A stretch of 63,666 nt of DNA, the filler included, from Octopus bimaculoides (lineage: Eukaryota), in assembly GCF_001194135.2 (NCBI RefSeq). It is 6 parts of 6 records of this genome, joined end to end, with 100 filler letters (N's around TTAATTAATTAA, not from the genome) between each part and the next. Parts side by side here need not be neighbours in the genome. Positions count along the whole stretch, not along the records: positions 23,557 to 54,472 come from NC_068985.1; 5 more parts are not named here. One strand, written 5' to 3'. Under the pieces are notes generated by a model. That model worked only from the letters and a program-made list of their open reading frames with translations. It did not search any database and was not told the DNA's origin. The position numbers were made by a program, and so were the translations under genes. The number at the start of each line of letters is the position of its first letter. The first letter of the stretch is position 1. Shown piece after piece: positions 38,909 through 52,085 of this stretch.

Positions 38909-39185
38909 GATGTGTGTCTGTGCGTGTGTGTGCATGTTTGTCTGTGTTATTACCCCAACCATTGCTTGACAACCACTGTTGCTTTGTTTACGTCCCTTTG
39001 TAACTTAGTTGTTCAGCAAAACAGACCGATAGAGTAAGTATTAGTCTTACAAAAATAAATCCTGGGGTTGACGTCTTCGACTGAAAGTGGTAATCCAGCA
39101 TGTCTGCTGTCACATGAACGAAACAAGTAAAACAATAAAAAAACTATGCTATTTTAATACCGAGCAACGCCAGGTATCTCTGTCC
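37936..39185 (+). mobile_element. Possible non-autonomous Helitron containing nested repeats
   Basis: Starts TCAATATATATATAAAACTAAGAATGTG. TACCGAGCAACGCCAGGTA at ~39158 resembles a Helitron 3' hairpin, but the terminal CTAG is not seen. Confidence 0.4.
38453..38489 (+). ncRNA. Minimal hammerhead-like variant (CUGUUGA core)
   Basis: TCTTT-CTGTTGA-a-GAGC gta GCTC-GAAA-CG-TC-AAAGA. Confidence 0.5.
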
Positions 39186-40346
39186 CATTTTTGTATCACC
39201 TAAATGTCTGGTTGTTTTGCGTTCTTGTCCTATTTTTGTCTTTAAAATATATAAACACATAGTGGCGTACGTACACTTTGGTCTCTTATATAATAATATA
39301 TAAGTATATATATATATATATATTGTACGACTCTATTATTCTTTCTGTTCTCTCATTCTTTCCTTCTTTCTATCAGCCCTTTCACATTTACTTAGTTCAT
39401 TTCACTCTTCGTTCTTTTGTTCCCCTTCTCTCACATTTACTAGCCTTCTCTTCATGCTCACTTTTTCTCCTCTTTCACTTCACTCTGTTCCTTTCTTTCT
39501 CGCCCCTCCTTAATTATTCTATCCTTCTGCCTCTACTTCTCTCTCTCTTCTCTCCCCACGTGACCGGTGTTCGGCCAAGCCTGACTTTTCGTTCTTTCTT
39601 CGACTACCATCTGTACAACATCTATATTCATTCCTGTGCCTGAAAAATCTTATTCCCTGCCGTAAGGCTTTACTTCCACACACACCAGCTTAATTTAATT
39701 CGTCCTTAGTCGAAAGATACCTGTTGTTATGTCCTGTTATTTGAATTTGTATTTGTGTAACATTTCTCCGTTTTTTTTTCCGTCCTTGTTTTCATATACA
39801 TTCGCTGCTTTCTTCCAGGGAATCTAATGCTCTTAGCTTAGTGTTTCCTTGGGGCTGGCCAGATTGGAGCAATCTCGAGTATAATCAGCCGAAATTGCAA
39901 AGATAATCTGGAACTCGACTGAGGAAAGAAAACGCCGAATGGCTCGTTATTGTTTCCTTCTATCGTCTGTCTGGATGTTTTGTTGTCCCTTTTTTGTATC
40001 ACCTGTCTGGATGTTTTGCTTTCTTGTCCTANNNNNNNNNNNNNNNNNNNNNNNNNNNNNNNNNNNNNNNNNNNNNNNNNNNNNNNNNNNNNNNNNNNNN
40101 NNNNNNNNNNNNNNNNNNNNNNNNNNNNNNNNNNNNNNNNNNNNNNNNNNNNNNNNNNNNNNNNNNNNNNNNNNNNNNNNNNNNNNNNNNNNNNNNNNNN
40201 NNNNNNNNNNNNNNNNNNNNNNNNNNNNNNNNNNNNATATATAATTCTTTTATTAATTTATTTGTCTGTCATTTGGATGCGGCCATGATAGAGCATCACT
40301 TTTGGTCGGACAAATCGACCTGAGGACTTATTCTTTGCAAGGCTAG

Positions 40347-40705
40347 TACGAGGGGTGTCTGAAAAGTTTTGAGCCTAACCTAGAAACGGGGCTGCTATAT
40401 AGCTGAAACAATTTTTTCTGGTAAGTACAGTCTTTTCGGAGTATTCTTGCTCATTTTCATGATTCTGATATTTTATTTATTTGTTGCAGATTTTTGAATA
40501 AACAAGCTTCGAATTTACAAGGAAAATAGAGAAAACTGAGTATCGTGCTGTCATAAACTATCTTCATTTGAAAGGCATAACTCCATCAGAAATCCATGAA
40601 GATATGGTGAGAACCTTAACAGACAATGCTCCTTCATATGCAACAGTCAAACGCTGGGTAAATGAATTCAAGCGTGGCAAGGAGAGTGTGGAAGATGATG
40701 TCTTA
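40347..40705 (+). mobile_element. Mariner 5' fragment
   Basis: TA|CGAGGGGTGTCTGAAAAGT TIR and EYRAVINYLHLKGITPSEIHEDMVRTLTDNAPSYATVKRWVNEFKRGKESVEDD. Confidence 0.9.
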
Positions 40706-41266
40706 GAGGTGGTCATCATATATTAAAAGTAAACTTCCGGTGAATTTATGAATCAATATCCAATTCTTATCTTCACTTTTTATACATTAACAATAGTCAT
40801 TAGAAAGGCATGGATGTCACATAATTCTGTTCGCCTTATAAATTTGTGTATGTGTCACATCAAATTCCTTACGAATTTTATTGATGTAGCTTTTCTTCTA
40901 CTTATGCATTTGTTGACTTTTTCTTGTTTAGCAACGACTACTCATAAGTATTGCTTATCAGCTCAGACTAAATTTAAGTGGTACTTTCAATTTTTTTATT
41001 TTTTTAAAAAGGAAAAAGGAAATGATGTTTCCATAAAACAAGTTTATTTTTATTGGTCAATAGGGTGGGTATGAGATAAACCAAGCTGTTACAGTCAATT
41101 AACAAGGATCGTCTTCATGTAATGCAATTGATAAAACTAATTGAGGAAACGATAAAGCAATTCACTACTGATAACAACAAAACATAAGTTTATTTTCTCA
41201 CCAGATATTATTTATATGTAATATACTAATGCACAAGTTGCATTTCACAGAAGGAACTGCTTTAAA

Positions 41267-41279
41267 ATGCTATCTATCT
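41267..41279 (+). CDS. SRCR-domain secreted protein, first coding exon part (MLSI + phase 1); exon spans 41251-41279
   Basis: Acceptor catttcacAG ends at 41250, ATG at 41267 and GTAAGT donor at 41280. The phase-1 junction T|GT joins the 45562 exon to give the signal peptide MLSICTFVFFSIIYGASG-QV. Confidence 0.72.
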
Positions 41280-42507
41280 GTAAGTAGATGTTTTGTTACC
41301 TGTTAAATTTGTCATTTCAACATTTTTACAAATATATCCATTATAGTTGTGATTCACTCTTAGGTCAGCACTACAACTATGCACTACCTTACTTTACTAT
41401 TGACCTTAAGGTATCGTAAGGGCACTATCCCCATGTATGACGTATCTTGGGCACTTTTCGACCTAGCAGAGCCCATCATATTCCGCATCTCTGCAATGAT
41501 TTGAGGAAAGATATACTGAGATATATAGCAAATTGAAAAGTAACGAAGAGAAAGCGTGAAGTTAAAGCATGGTTTGTGGGCAAATAAAATCGCAATTATT
41601 TAATTGAACTGTATACTTAAAGCAAAATATATAAATCTAACTGAATTGCTAGTCGACATGAGAATGATCGCCTGCACGAAATGCAAAAAAATGACAGAAT
41701 CGTTAGCACGTCGGTAGAATTTTTTTACATTTCTTCCAACATTCTACATTGTGATTTCAAATACCATCGAACTCAATTTTGTCTATCACACTTCCGAAGT
41801 CGATAAAACCAAATAGCAGTCCTAGTATCGGAGTTGATATTTATTAATTTCCTCTCTTCAAACTTATGGCTTTGTTCCTGTGTTAGAAACTACGATCATT
41901 AACACTTAATTATTTACGTGTATGTAAAGTCTTCGAATCTTTTATTGGCTTTTATGACAATCGGGCGATTACTGGTCCTTTTGTAATATTAGAACGTCCT
42001 CTTTTTGTTTCTAATGACTTTCGTAGAAGAGAAACGCCAGTTCCCATGGCCCATTTCAGGAGCTCGGANNNNNNNNNNNNNNNNNNNNNNNNNNNNNNNN
42101 NNNNNNNNNNNNNNNNNNNNNNNNNNNNNNNNNNNNNNNNNNNNNNNNNNNNNNNNNNNNNNNNNNNNNNNNNNNNNNNNNNNNNNNNNNNNNNNNNNNN
42201 NNNNNNNNNNNNNNNNNNNNNNNNNNNNNNNNNNNNNNNNNNNNNNNNNNNNNNNNNNNNNNNNNNNNNNNNNNNNNNNNNNNNNNNNNNNNNNNNNNNN
42301 NNNNNNNNNNNNNNNNNNNNNNNNNNNNNNNNNNNNNNNNNNNNNNNNNNNNNNNNNNNNNNNNNNNNNNNNNNNNNNNNNNNNNNNNNNNNNNNNNNNN
42401 NNNNNNNNNNNNNNNNNNNNNNNNNNNNNNNNNNNNNNNNNNNNNNNNNNNNNNNNNNNNNNNNNNNNNNNNNNNNNNNNNNNNNNNNNNNNNNNNNNNN
42501 NNNNNNN

Positions 42508-42538
<31 letters not shown>

Positions 42539-44330
42539 TATACTCTTACTCTCTTTACTCTTTTACTCTTTTAGTTGTTTTAGTCATTTGACTGCGGCTA
42601 TGCTGGAGCACCGCCTTTAGTCGAGGAAATCGACCCTAGGACTTATTCTTTAGAAGCCTAGTACTTATTCTATCGATCTCTTTTGCCGAACCGCTAGGTT
42701 ACGGGGATGTAAACACACCAGCATCGGTTGTCAAGCGATGTTGGAGGGACAAACACAGACACACAAACATAGACACAAACATACACACACACATACATAT
42801 ATATATACACATATATATACGACGGGCTTCTTTCAGTTTCCGTCTACCAAATCCACTCACAAGGCTTTGGTCGGTCCGAGGCTATAGTAGAAGACACTTG
42901 TCCAAGNNNNNNNNNNCTTTGGTCGGTCCGAGGCTATAGTAGAAGACACTTGTCCAAGGTGCCACGCAGTGGGACTGAACCCAGAACCATGTGGTTGGTA
43001 AGCAAGCTACTTACCGCACAGCCAATATATATGACAGTCTTTCACAAGATTTCTCTCTACCAAATTCACTCATTAGGCTTTAGTTGGCAACACTTAGCCA
43101 TGGAGCCGCGCATTAAGGCTAAACCCGAAGTCACGAGGTTACGAAGCGACCTTCTTAACCATACAGCCGTGCCTGAGCAATAATTCTTTAATATTTTGAC
43201 AATTTTGTATCTCACCTGCTTTCATCTAAAATAGAATTCTAATATAGTCGAAGTCACTTTTCATTTTATACCTGGTTTCTAAAATAAGAGAGAGAATTTT
43301 CATGGCCTAGTGCTTAGGTTGTTACACATGAGGTCGTGGTTTCGATTTTCGGAGCGAACAGTAAATTGTGTTCTTGAGTAAAATACTTCGTTTCACGATA
43401 CTCCAGTCTATTCCGATGTAAATGAGTGACCTGGCGTTCCTTCAAAGGTTGTTGTGATTACCCTGTGGAAACTGAGTAATATGGGTCCTAGTACCCAAGA
43501 GAGTACTTACTAAGAGGAGGTGATAATACCTTACACTATGGTATATGCCTCCTTTTATAACAATGTATTTCACTTATATTGATGTTATATTTACAGCAAC
43601 TGAAGCGATTTTACTTCGTTTTCCTTTTCTTTTATTTTTTGCTTTGGTGTTCATGTGTTGTTTGTACTCCCCGGAGAATAAATACCATTTTTAATTAAAT
43701 GAATGTTACAACTCTCATTTAATAACGTTGGGACTCTTCTTGTTATTCCTCTTTGATATTAACTTTNNNNNNNNNNNNNNNNNNNNNNNNNNNNNNNNNN
43801 NNNNNNNNNNNNNNNNNNNNNNNNNNNNNNNNNNNNNNNNNNNNNNNNNNNNNNNNNNNNNNNNNNNNNNNNNNNNNNNNNNNNNNNNNNNNNNNNNNNN
43901 NNNNNNNNNNNNNNNNNNNNNNNNNNNNNNNNNNNNNNNNNNNNNNNNNNNNNNNNNNNNNNNNNNNNNNNNNNNNNNNNNNNNNNNNNNNNNNNNNNNN
44001 NNNNNNNNNNNNNNNNNNNNNNNNNNNNNNNNNNNNNNNNNNNNNNNNNNNNNNNNNNNNNNNNNNNNNNNNNNNNNNNNNNNNNNNNNNNNNNNNNNNN
44101 NNNNNNNNNNNNNNNNNNNNNNNNNNNNNNNNNNNNNNNNNNNNNNNNNNNNNNNNNNNNNNNNNNNNNNNNNNNNNNNNNNNNNNNNNNNNNNNNNNNN
44201 NNNNNNNNNNNNNNNNNNNNNNNNNNNNNNNNNNNNNNNNNNNNNNNNNNNNNNNNNNNNNNNNNNNNNNNNNNNNNNNNNNNNNNNNNNNNNNNNNNNN
44301 NNNNNNNNNNNNNNNNNATATATATATATA

Positions 44331-44435
44331 TACGAGGGTGTATGAAAAGTCTTGAGCCTCAAAAAGCAAAGCATAGCACAAGACTTCAAGGCTCAAAGGC
44401 CTTGAAGGCTCGAAACTTTTCATACACCCCTCGTA
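44331..44435. mobile_element. Mariner-derived MITE (~105 bp)
   Basis: ~29-bp TIRs TACGAGG(G)GTGTATGAAAAGTYTYGAGCCT with TA at both ends. The TIR resembles that at 40347. Confidence 0.85.
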
Positions 44436-44799
44436 TATACATATGTGTGTGTGAGTGTGTGTGTTTATATTTTTGTGTGTATGTATGTATGAGTGTTTGT
44501 GTGCTGTGTAAAATTTATGAAGCGAAGATTGTGATGGGCGACCTTTTTGCGTCTCCTCTTTCCCTTTCACTCTTCCTGTATTTTCTGTATTTTCCTCCTT
44601 TGCACTCCTTTTTATTTCTTCTATACCCACTATCCTAATAGTTTGTATCAAACTGTTCTTTTTCCCAATCACTTGTATTTATTTTCATCTATATTAGTTA
44701 TCACATTTATACTGAACATGAAATCGTTATATCTTGAGTGATGAAATCAAATCCCAGTGTCGCTTTAACCATTGTTACCATATTTCTATTGAAATACAC

Positions 44800-45100
44800 A
44801 GACGTTGTTTCACTTAATTTTGAAACTAAAGAAGAATTTAGTAAAATAACTTTGTTAGTAATAGGCAGCTGTTTGGAACAAAACTTAACATGAAATTCTG
44901 ATGGAAGGCTTTATTTTAGATAACTTTAATCTATTTGTTACCCTTTTCCTGTTGGAAAACATTGTCTTTGTTTCACTTGATTTTGAAAATAACAAAGAAT
45001 TTAGTGAAAATACCTTGTCATTATTAATCTGTTGTCTGAAACATAAATTAACGTGGAATTTTTAAGGAAGGTCTCCTTAAAACAGAAAATGTGTATCATA
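44800..45100. repeat. Two diverged tandem copies of a ~160-bp AT-rich unit
   Basis: TTGTTTCACTTRATTTTGAAA..AAGAATTTAGT occurs at ~44806 and ~44969. Confidence 0.6.
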
Positions 45101-45561
45101 GACACAAAAGCAGTCTCAGGCAAGTTAGAGTCAAAAGAATTAAAGAAGTTTCAACTTCGATTTAAAATTTAGACAATAAAGAGACGTATAGAACAAAATA
45201 GTAGAAGGATTTACGGTCATTAAGAAAACGAATGAAAGTGCATTCATATTCATTATAAGTACAAGGCGGTGAGCTGGCAGAATCGTTTGCACGCCGGGCG
45301 AAATGCTTAGCGGTATTTCTCCCGTCATTACATTCTGAGATCAANNNNNNNNNNCTTTTTGGGTCGATAAATTAAGTACCAATTGCGTACTGAGTTCGAT
45401 CAAATCGACTGCCCACCTCCCCTAAAATGTCAGGCCTTGTGCCTATAGTAGAAAGGATATTCATTAAAAGTACGTAAAAAGTGGAACTGAATACTAAATG
45501 TGAAATGGTAATGCTTATATTGCAACTTCTTTAATTTCCCTTTGTTTGCTGTGTTTTACAG

Positions 45562-45609
45562 GTACTTTTGTGTTCTTTTCTATCATTTATGGAGCCTCTG
45601 GACAAGTAT
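45562..45609 (+). CDS. SRCR-domain secreted protein, signal-peptide exon (C)TFVFFSIIYGASGQV
   Basis: Polypyrimidine acceptor gtgttttacAG ends at 45561 and GTGAGT donor starts at 45610. The exon is 48 nt, phase 1 to 1, with a hydrophobic core followed by small residues (A-S-G). Confidence 0.8.
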
Positions 45610-46860
45610 GTGAGTATTGTTATATACTTATTAAAATTTTTGTTTTGTAACTGGACTGTAACTTCCATAAGTGTATTGTGAGATAAAATTATTAACAGAG
45701 AACTGAAACTATTAAATAATAGTGTTTCTTACATGGTTCAAAGCTGAAACAATTATCATTGATTTTACCGTTAAGAACGTTGAAAAGAAAAGCAATAACA
45801 TTTAAGATAAGATTTAAAATTTAAAAATTTCAATGTATAAGCAAAAAAATTCATCTTTCCTTTGTTCCTCGATTTCAAATTCTAGTTTCTAGTCCTAGCA
45901 AATACTATGTACAAATAATTATCGCATTCAGAGTAACTAGCTACGCGCGCGTGTGTGTGCATGTATATGAGTGCGTGCGTGTGCACGTGTGTGTATGTGG
46001 ATGTGTACGAGTGTGTGAAGGCGCGTGGCCTGACCTAGTGGTTACGGTATTGTACGCACGATCGGTCGATCATGGGTTCGATTTCCAGCCCGGGCAGCGC
46101 GCTGTGTTCTTGAATAAAACGTTTCATTTCACGTTGCTCCTGTCCACTCAGCTTTAAATAGGTAACGCTGTGACAAAATAGNNNNNNNNNNNNNNNNNNN
46201 NNNNNNNNNNNNNNNNNNNNNNNNNNNNNNNNNNNNNNNNNNNNNNNNNNNNNNNNNNNNNNNNNNNNNNNNNNNNNNNNNNNNNNNNNNNNNNNNNNNN
46301 NNNNNNNNNNNNNNNNNNNNNNNNNNNNNNNNNNNNNNNNNNNNNNNNNNNNNNNNNNNNNNNNNNNNNNNNNNNNNNNNNNNNNNNNNNNNNNNNNNNN
46401 NNNNNNNNNNNNNNNNNNNNNNNNNNNNNNNNNNNNNNNNNNNNNNNNNNNNNNNNNNNNNNNNNNNNNNNNNNNNNNNNNNNNNNNNNNNNNNNNNNNN
46501 NNNNNNNNNNNNNNNNNNNNNNNNNNNNNNNNNNNNNNNNNNNNNNNNNNNNNNNNNNNNNNNNNNNNNNNNNNNNNNNNNNNNNNNNNNNNNNNNNNNN
46601 NNNNNNNNNNNNNNNNNNNNNNNNNNNNNNNNNNNNNNNNNNNNNNNNNNNNNNNNNNNNNNNNNNNNNNNNNNNNNNNNNNNNNNNNNNNNNNNNNNNN
46701 NNNNNNNNNNNNNNNNNNNNNNNNNNNNNNNNNNNNNNNNNNNNNNNNNNNNNNNNNNNNNNNNNNNNNNNNNNNNNNNNNNNNNNNNNNNNNNNNNNNN
46801 NNNNNNNNNNNNNNNNNNNNNNNNNNNNNNNNNNNNNNNNNNNNNNNNNNNNNNNNNNNN

Positions 46861-46899
<39 letters not shown>

Positions 46900-47050
46900 T
46901 ATACACATACATATAAAAACATAAAGTATATGTATTCATCAATCTATTTATCTCTCTTACTCTTTCCAATCTATATTTGATATGTGTGTGTGCGTATTAT
47001 ATAAAAGGAGAGAGAGAGCACATTATACATATATATGTATACACACACAC

Positions 47051-47082
<32 letters not shown>

Positions 47083-49252
47083 TACTTAATGTGGGTTTAC
47101 TATAGAAAACTACACAACTTCGGTAGTCGAATCGAGAAAGCTCATGTAAATGTATAATGCTAAAAAGTACAGATTAATATTAGTAACAGCCGAAAATCGT
47201 CCAGTAGCGGCGATGCTGCACGAATACCGCTGTTGTGTGGCTTTCTAAAGTATACCCATGTTAAGTAGGATATACAGAATGTTGTTTTTATATAATGCTG
47301 CTACCTTCGCTAACAACGAATACATACATACATACACACATACATACATACATACATGCATACATACACACAACCACCAAGTTAGGAAATATGAGAAGCA
47401 AATACATATTTATTTTACCACGTAACTTCTATAGAATTACAGTTGTTTCGCAACTTCATGTAGCATTAATATCAATGAAGAAGTTATGCATACATATTTG
47501 CATTAATACGTATGCTCAAAATCGTAGAGTACAATTCTATATTGACAAATTAATGCAAATAAAGTAAGCTTTCTCATCAGATCACCGGAAAATCGTGGTT
47601 ACACCAACAATTTGACTGTCCAGCATGGAACTCCCTATCAAGGACCTTGATAGGGTCATTGAGATACACGAGCCACTATACCACACCAAGAACTGGACCG
47701 TGTTGTGCCTTCATTCTCCTTTATTTTGATGTATTTACTGAATAATCCGAGTGAATACATTTAACCTGAAAACAACAGTGTGAAGCATACTACTAAGTTA
47801 TAGAATGTACCTATTACTTGCAGTGTTGAGTTTTACAGTCATTTATGATATATATACCTACAGCGAGATGAACTGGTGTAAACGCTGTTAATTGTATTGG
47901 CTGAATATCTTAATGCAGGTCTGTATACGAACTTTCGACCTGACAGCCAGTAGTTCAACATATTGAATCAGCCCGTTGGAATTCGACTTACTCTCTAACT
48001 ACCATCAAAATGGCCATTCTAACTGTAATCTTCACTCAAAGAACAAAGCATATTGAGATGAAATGAATAATAAAGATCTCTCAGATATTTGTGAGTCCTT
48101 ACATGTCGGTCATTATCTTTCTAACTCAACCATTATCTCTACCAAACATTCTCTCACCGAGGGAAATGGTTTTATAAATTCACAACTTGGTCAGTTAGGA
48201 GTTTATGATTAAGCAGCCAGATTACCGTTCTTCTCAATATATTGATCGTTTTTATTACTACATATTTTATTTTGCTACAAATAAATATAATTTGTTAATA
48301 AATAACAATTCTTGAACGAATAGAAATAGTTACTGATTTTGAAGATTAACATGGTTGATTTTATCGATCAGGTTTAGTACAGAAACTTACAAAACAAAGT
48401 AGACTCTGCTGGGATTTCAGGTTTAAAACACGGGAAAATATACTTTACATTGTAAAAACTCGTCACCTTGTGTCCTCCTGTCCCTGAAATAGCCATAGTT
48501 TTATCATTGATTTTTCGAGTGTTACCCGTCATATGACTTTTAATTTTTGAAGTATACTTTTAATACCATCAGTAATATCAGAAAATATGTCGTACATACA
48601 ATAATTAGTGGAGGTGCTTGGTGGTTAAGGTGTAGGATTCAGGATCGTAATGTCATGGTTTCGATTCCAAGACCAGGCGACGCGTTGTGTTCTTGAGCAA
48701 AGCATTTCATTTCACGTTGCTTCAGTTCACTCACCTGGAAAAAATGAGCCACCCTGCAACGGTCCGGCGTCCCGACCAGGTGAGGAATATATAAATCATG
48801 GAAACAGGGAAGGAACTATTATACAATAACTATAACTTTTACCAAATTTCTTGATGCTTATACAAAATGATGAAATAATAACTAATTTTCAAAATATAAA
48901 TAGCCTTCTGATGAAATACAAAAAAAATATTAGTTATCTTAAAATAAAATTAAACAAACAAATTTATCAATCGCAAAATTCCTCAATGAATTCATTGAGG
49001 AAGAGCCTGCCGTGAATAAGATCACACAAAAGAACCATATTACCCACCTTGGTATCTACATACTCAAATAGCAAGATAAGTCCAGCATCATCATATACAC
49101 GTCCATCTCCTTATAATTATCATTCCTTCCTCACTTTCTAACACTTTCCACCCTCCCTACCAAATACACACAGAAATGTTCAAATACCCCAACCAACCTT
49201 CTCATTGGTCAAAACTGGTAGAGAGACCTCAGTTAAACATCTATTAATGTTA

Positions 49253-49382
49253 TATTGCCTGAAGAAAGGAATACATGAACATGATCTACCTGTTGGAGAC
49301 TACGGACTGCTCTGTAATCATCCCAGGAATGCGGGCTACGATCTTAAGAAACGTGTGATTTGTCGAAACGCGCGTAGTGATA
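49253..49382 (+). ncRNA. Hammerhead candidate with 99-nt stem II insert
   Basis: TATTGC-CTGAAGA-(99 nt)-GAAA-CGCGCG-TA-GTGATA. Stem I is 6 bp and stem III is the palindrome ACGCGCGT. Confidence 0.6.
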
Positions 49383-49503
49383 CATTAGAATATTTGTAAA
49401 TTCCATCCAAGGATTCTGATTATTATTACTATATATATAAAGAGGGAGAGAGAGAGGGAGAGAGAGAGGGGGAGAGAGAGAGAGAGAGAGAGAGAGAAAT
49501 AAA

Positions 49504-50425
49504 TACAGGGTGTGGTGAATAAACTGTCGTCTAAATTGCGCAAAAATGAAAATAACAATAATATCGCATTTTAACAGATATATTTACCAAAATTACATTA
49601 AAATATCTTGAAATACTAAAAAGTAAATTTATTCAATAAAATCGCCATGGCCTCCAGACTTCAGAATCTCTCTCCTGCAACACTTCTGTTAGCGGTCTCC
49701 TTGTTTAAGTTGGTGAATGCTGTCATAATTCTGGCCTTCAATTCATCTTTAGTGTAACAAGGAGTTTTGTTGGTCTCTCGCTCAACTGCACCCCACATAT
49801 AATAATCAGGGGGGTTAGAGTCTGGGGAGTTAGGTGGCCAGATGTTAGGGATGATGTGGTTGCAGAAATTGTCTGACAACCACGACTGGGTTCTACTTGT
49901 GTGGAATGGTGTAGAGTCCTGTTGCTAGACATAGGGTCTTCCAGCAGCCACACTCTTCACCTAGGGCATTACTGCCTCATCCAGGCACTTGATGTAGGCC
50001 TCTGTGTTGAGTCTGAGGCCGTGTGAGAAGATGAATGAAAGCATAACGTCGCTATCACTAGTGATCACTCCAAACACCATGATGTTGACTGGATGTTTAA
50101 TTTTTATCACTCTCGGTACATGTCCTCAGATTGCAATTGGTACCCAAGCATTCTGAAATGATCGTATTGGAGTTTCCAGTGCGAGTACCAATCAGTGAAG
50201 CATGTCATTTCCAAATTTTTGGCAGAGTGAAATGCGTCATGTTGCTGTTTTTCTCACAGACGATGCCCAACTGACCCTATTATATTGTGTAGTCGACAAA
50301 ATCAAAAACAAACAATGCGNNNNNNNNNNTTATTATATTGTGTAGTCGACAAAATCAAAAACAAACAATGCGCATGCGCAAAATAAAAGTATTAAATGGC
50401 GACAATTTACCCATTATACCCTGTA
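49504..50425 (-). mobile_element. Tc1/mariner superfamily element (maT/DD37D-like), internally deleted
   Basis: TA|CAGGGT...ACCCTG|TA imperfect TIRs. Minus strand HPVNIMVFGVITS..QQDSTPFHTS..WPPNSPDSNPPDYYMWGAVE. Confidence 0.88.
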
Positions 50426-50442
50426 TATAGAAATAGATAGAT

Positions 50443-50514
<72 letters not shown>

Positions 50515-50778
50515 GCTGGAACTTACGTCGACATGTCTTCCAGTTGATCCGATTAGCGAAACAATCTGCTCGTGAAATCATCGTGCAAGTGGCTGAGCAC
50601 TCCACAGACACGCATATCCGTGACGTAGTTCTCAGGGAGATTCGGCTTGACAAAGAATGTAACAAGGCTGGCCCTTTGAATCACTGATACAACTCATTTT
50701 TGTCAGCTGAATAGATTGGAACAACCTGAAATAAAGTGTTTTACTCAAGGACGCAACTCGCTTCTGTGTATGTGTGTG

Positions 50779-50823
<45 letters not shown>

Positions 50824-51571
50824 ATACCTAGTATGTCATGCTGTAAGATTGAAAACGAAACCACATAGTTGAAGAGCGACCTTCTTAACTACAAAACCAT
50901 CAAAGTAACATCAGATTGTCTATGTAGAGTCTTTATTGGGTCGACTAGGGGTTGTAGTAGAAGACATATATCCAGAACAACCCACAATGGAATTAAACCC
51001 GAAACCATATAGTTTGAGAGCTCCACCCCTCCTCCCTTGTTTACACAGCCATCTGTCATGCTATACATTCGCATTTGAGTACCGAACCATACAGTTTCAG
51101 GGCGACTTCTTGAACCGCACAACAATTTTGACAAACACTGTATTGAATTTATATAATGTGTGTATATTGATAGACTGTTATGTAAGACCAATAAGAATAT
51201 CGCCAACTTGACGTGTTTGCCTGCTATCATATGCAATGCTTATTCTAACATTTATCTTATTTGTTGAAAGCGGTGAGCTGGCAGAATCGTTAGCACGCCG
51301 GGTTCGGTGTATAGCGGCATTTCGTCTGTCTTTCTGAGTTCAAATTCCACCGGGCTCGACTTTGCTTTCCAGAGTCGATAAAATAAGTACCAGTTGAACG
51401 CTGGGGTAGATCTAATCGACTTACTCCCTTCCCCGAAATTTCTGGCCTAGTGCCAAAATTTGAAATCAATATTTATCTTGTGATTTATACTTCTTTGAAT
51501 AATACTGTGTATAACGTTTATGGAAAGATGTATTTATAACGTCTTCCTTTTTTTTTTTCATTTCTCAACAG

Positions 51572-51713
51572 TCACGCTCCCGAATAATTCCATAAGCCTT
51601 TCTCAAGGTCATAAAGGTATTGTACTACTCCATAATGCAGGAGAAATATTGCCATTAATTCAAAGTATTTCAGAAGCAGATGCTGTAAATATTTGTCATT
51701 CCAAAGGATACTT
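51572..51713 (+). CDS. SRCR-domain secreted protein, divergent SRCR-like domain first half (F)TLPNNSISLSQGHKGIVLLHNAGEILPLIQSISEADAVNICHSKGY
   Basis: Acceptor tttctcaacAG at 51571, GTAAGT donor at 51714, 142 nt, phase 1 to 2, open frame. It ends in A-x-x-x-C-x-x-x-G-Y at the same intron position and phase as the canonical SRCR exon. Confidence 0.85.
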
Positions 51714-51892
51714 GTAAGTTATTTTTTAAACTTTCCAATCGAATTGCAATATTTATTGGTATGGAATTCTAACGAAGAACATACACTACGCAATAACGGC
51801 AGATGTCAAATGATCCAATATGCTGTCAGTTTGAATTATTCAAATTATCTAAGCCATAAATGTGTTCTACTCCTTTTTGTATAAGCCTAAAT

Positions 51893-52006
51893 CCTTAGTG
51901 CGCGTGCACAGCAGAGTTCAAGGTCAATCTATGCCAAGCGGCTTCACTCTGCGTGCTTCAGCTTCGTTACTATGGCACCAGTCCGGATACTTCTTGATCA
52001 GACCTC
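51893..52006 (-). mobile_element. Mariner left-end fragment, same family as 17172
   Basis: The reverse complement aligns by eye with 17175-17290 (GAGGTCTGATCAAKAAGTATCCGGA..GCCATAGTAACGAAG..CTCTGCTGTGC). Confidence 0.8.
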
Positions 52007-52026
52007 AGATAGACAGACAGACAAAC

Positions 52027-52085
<59 letters not shown>

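Noticed and set aside
42866-42956. Direct duplications across 10-N gaps (also 50277-50370)
   Set aside because: These are overlapping contig ends left unmerged, so they are artefacts.
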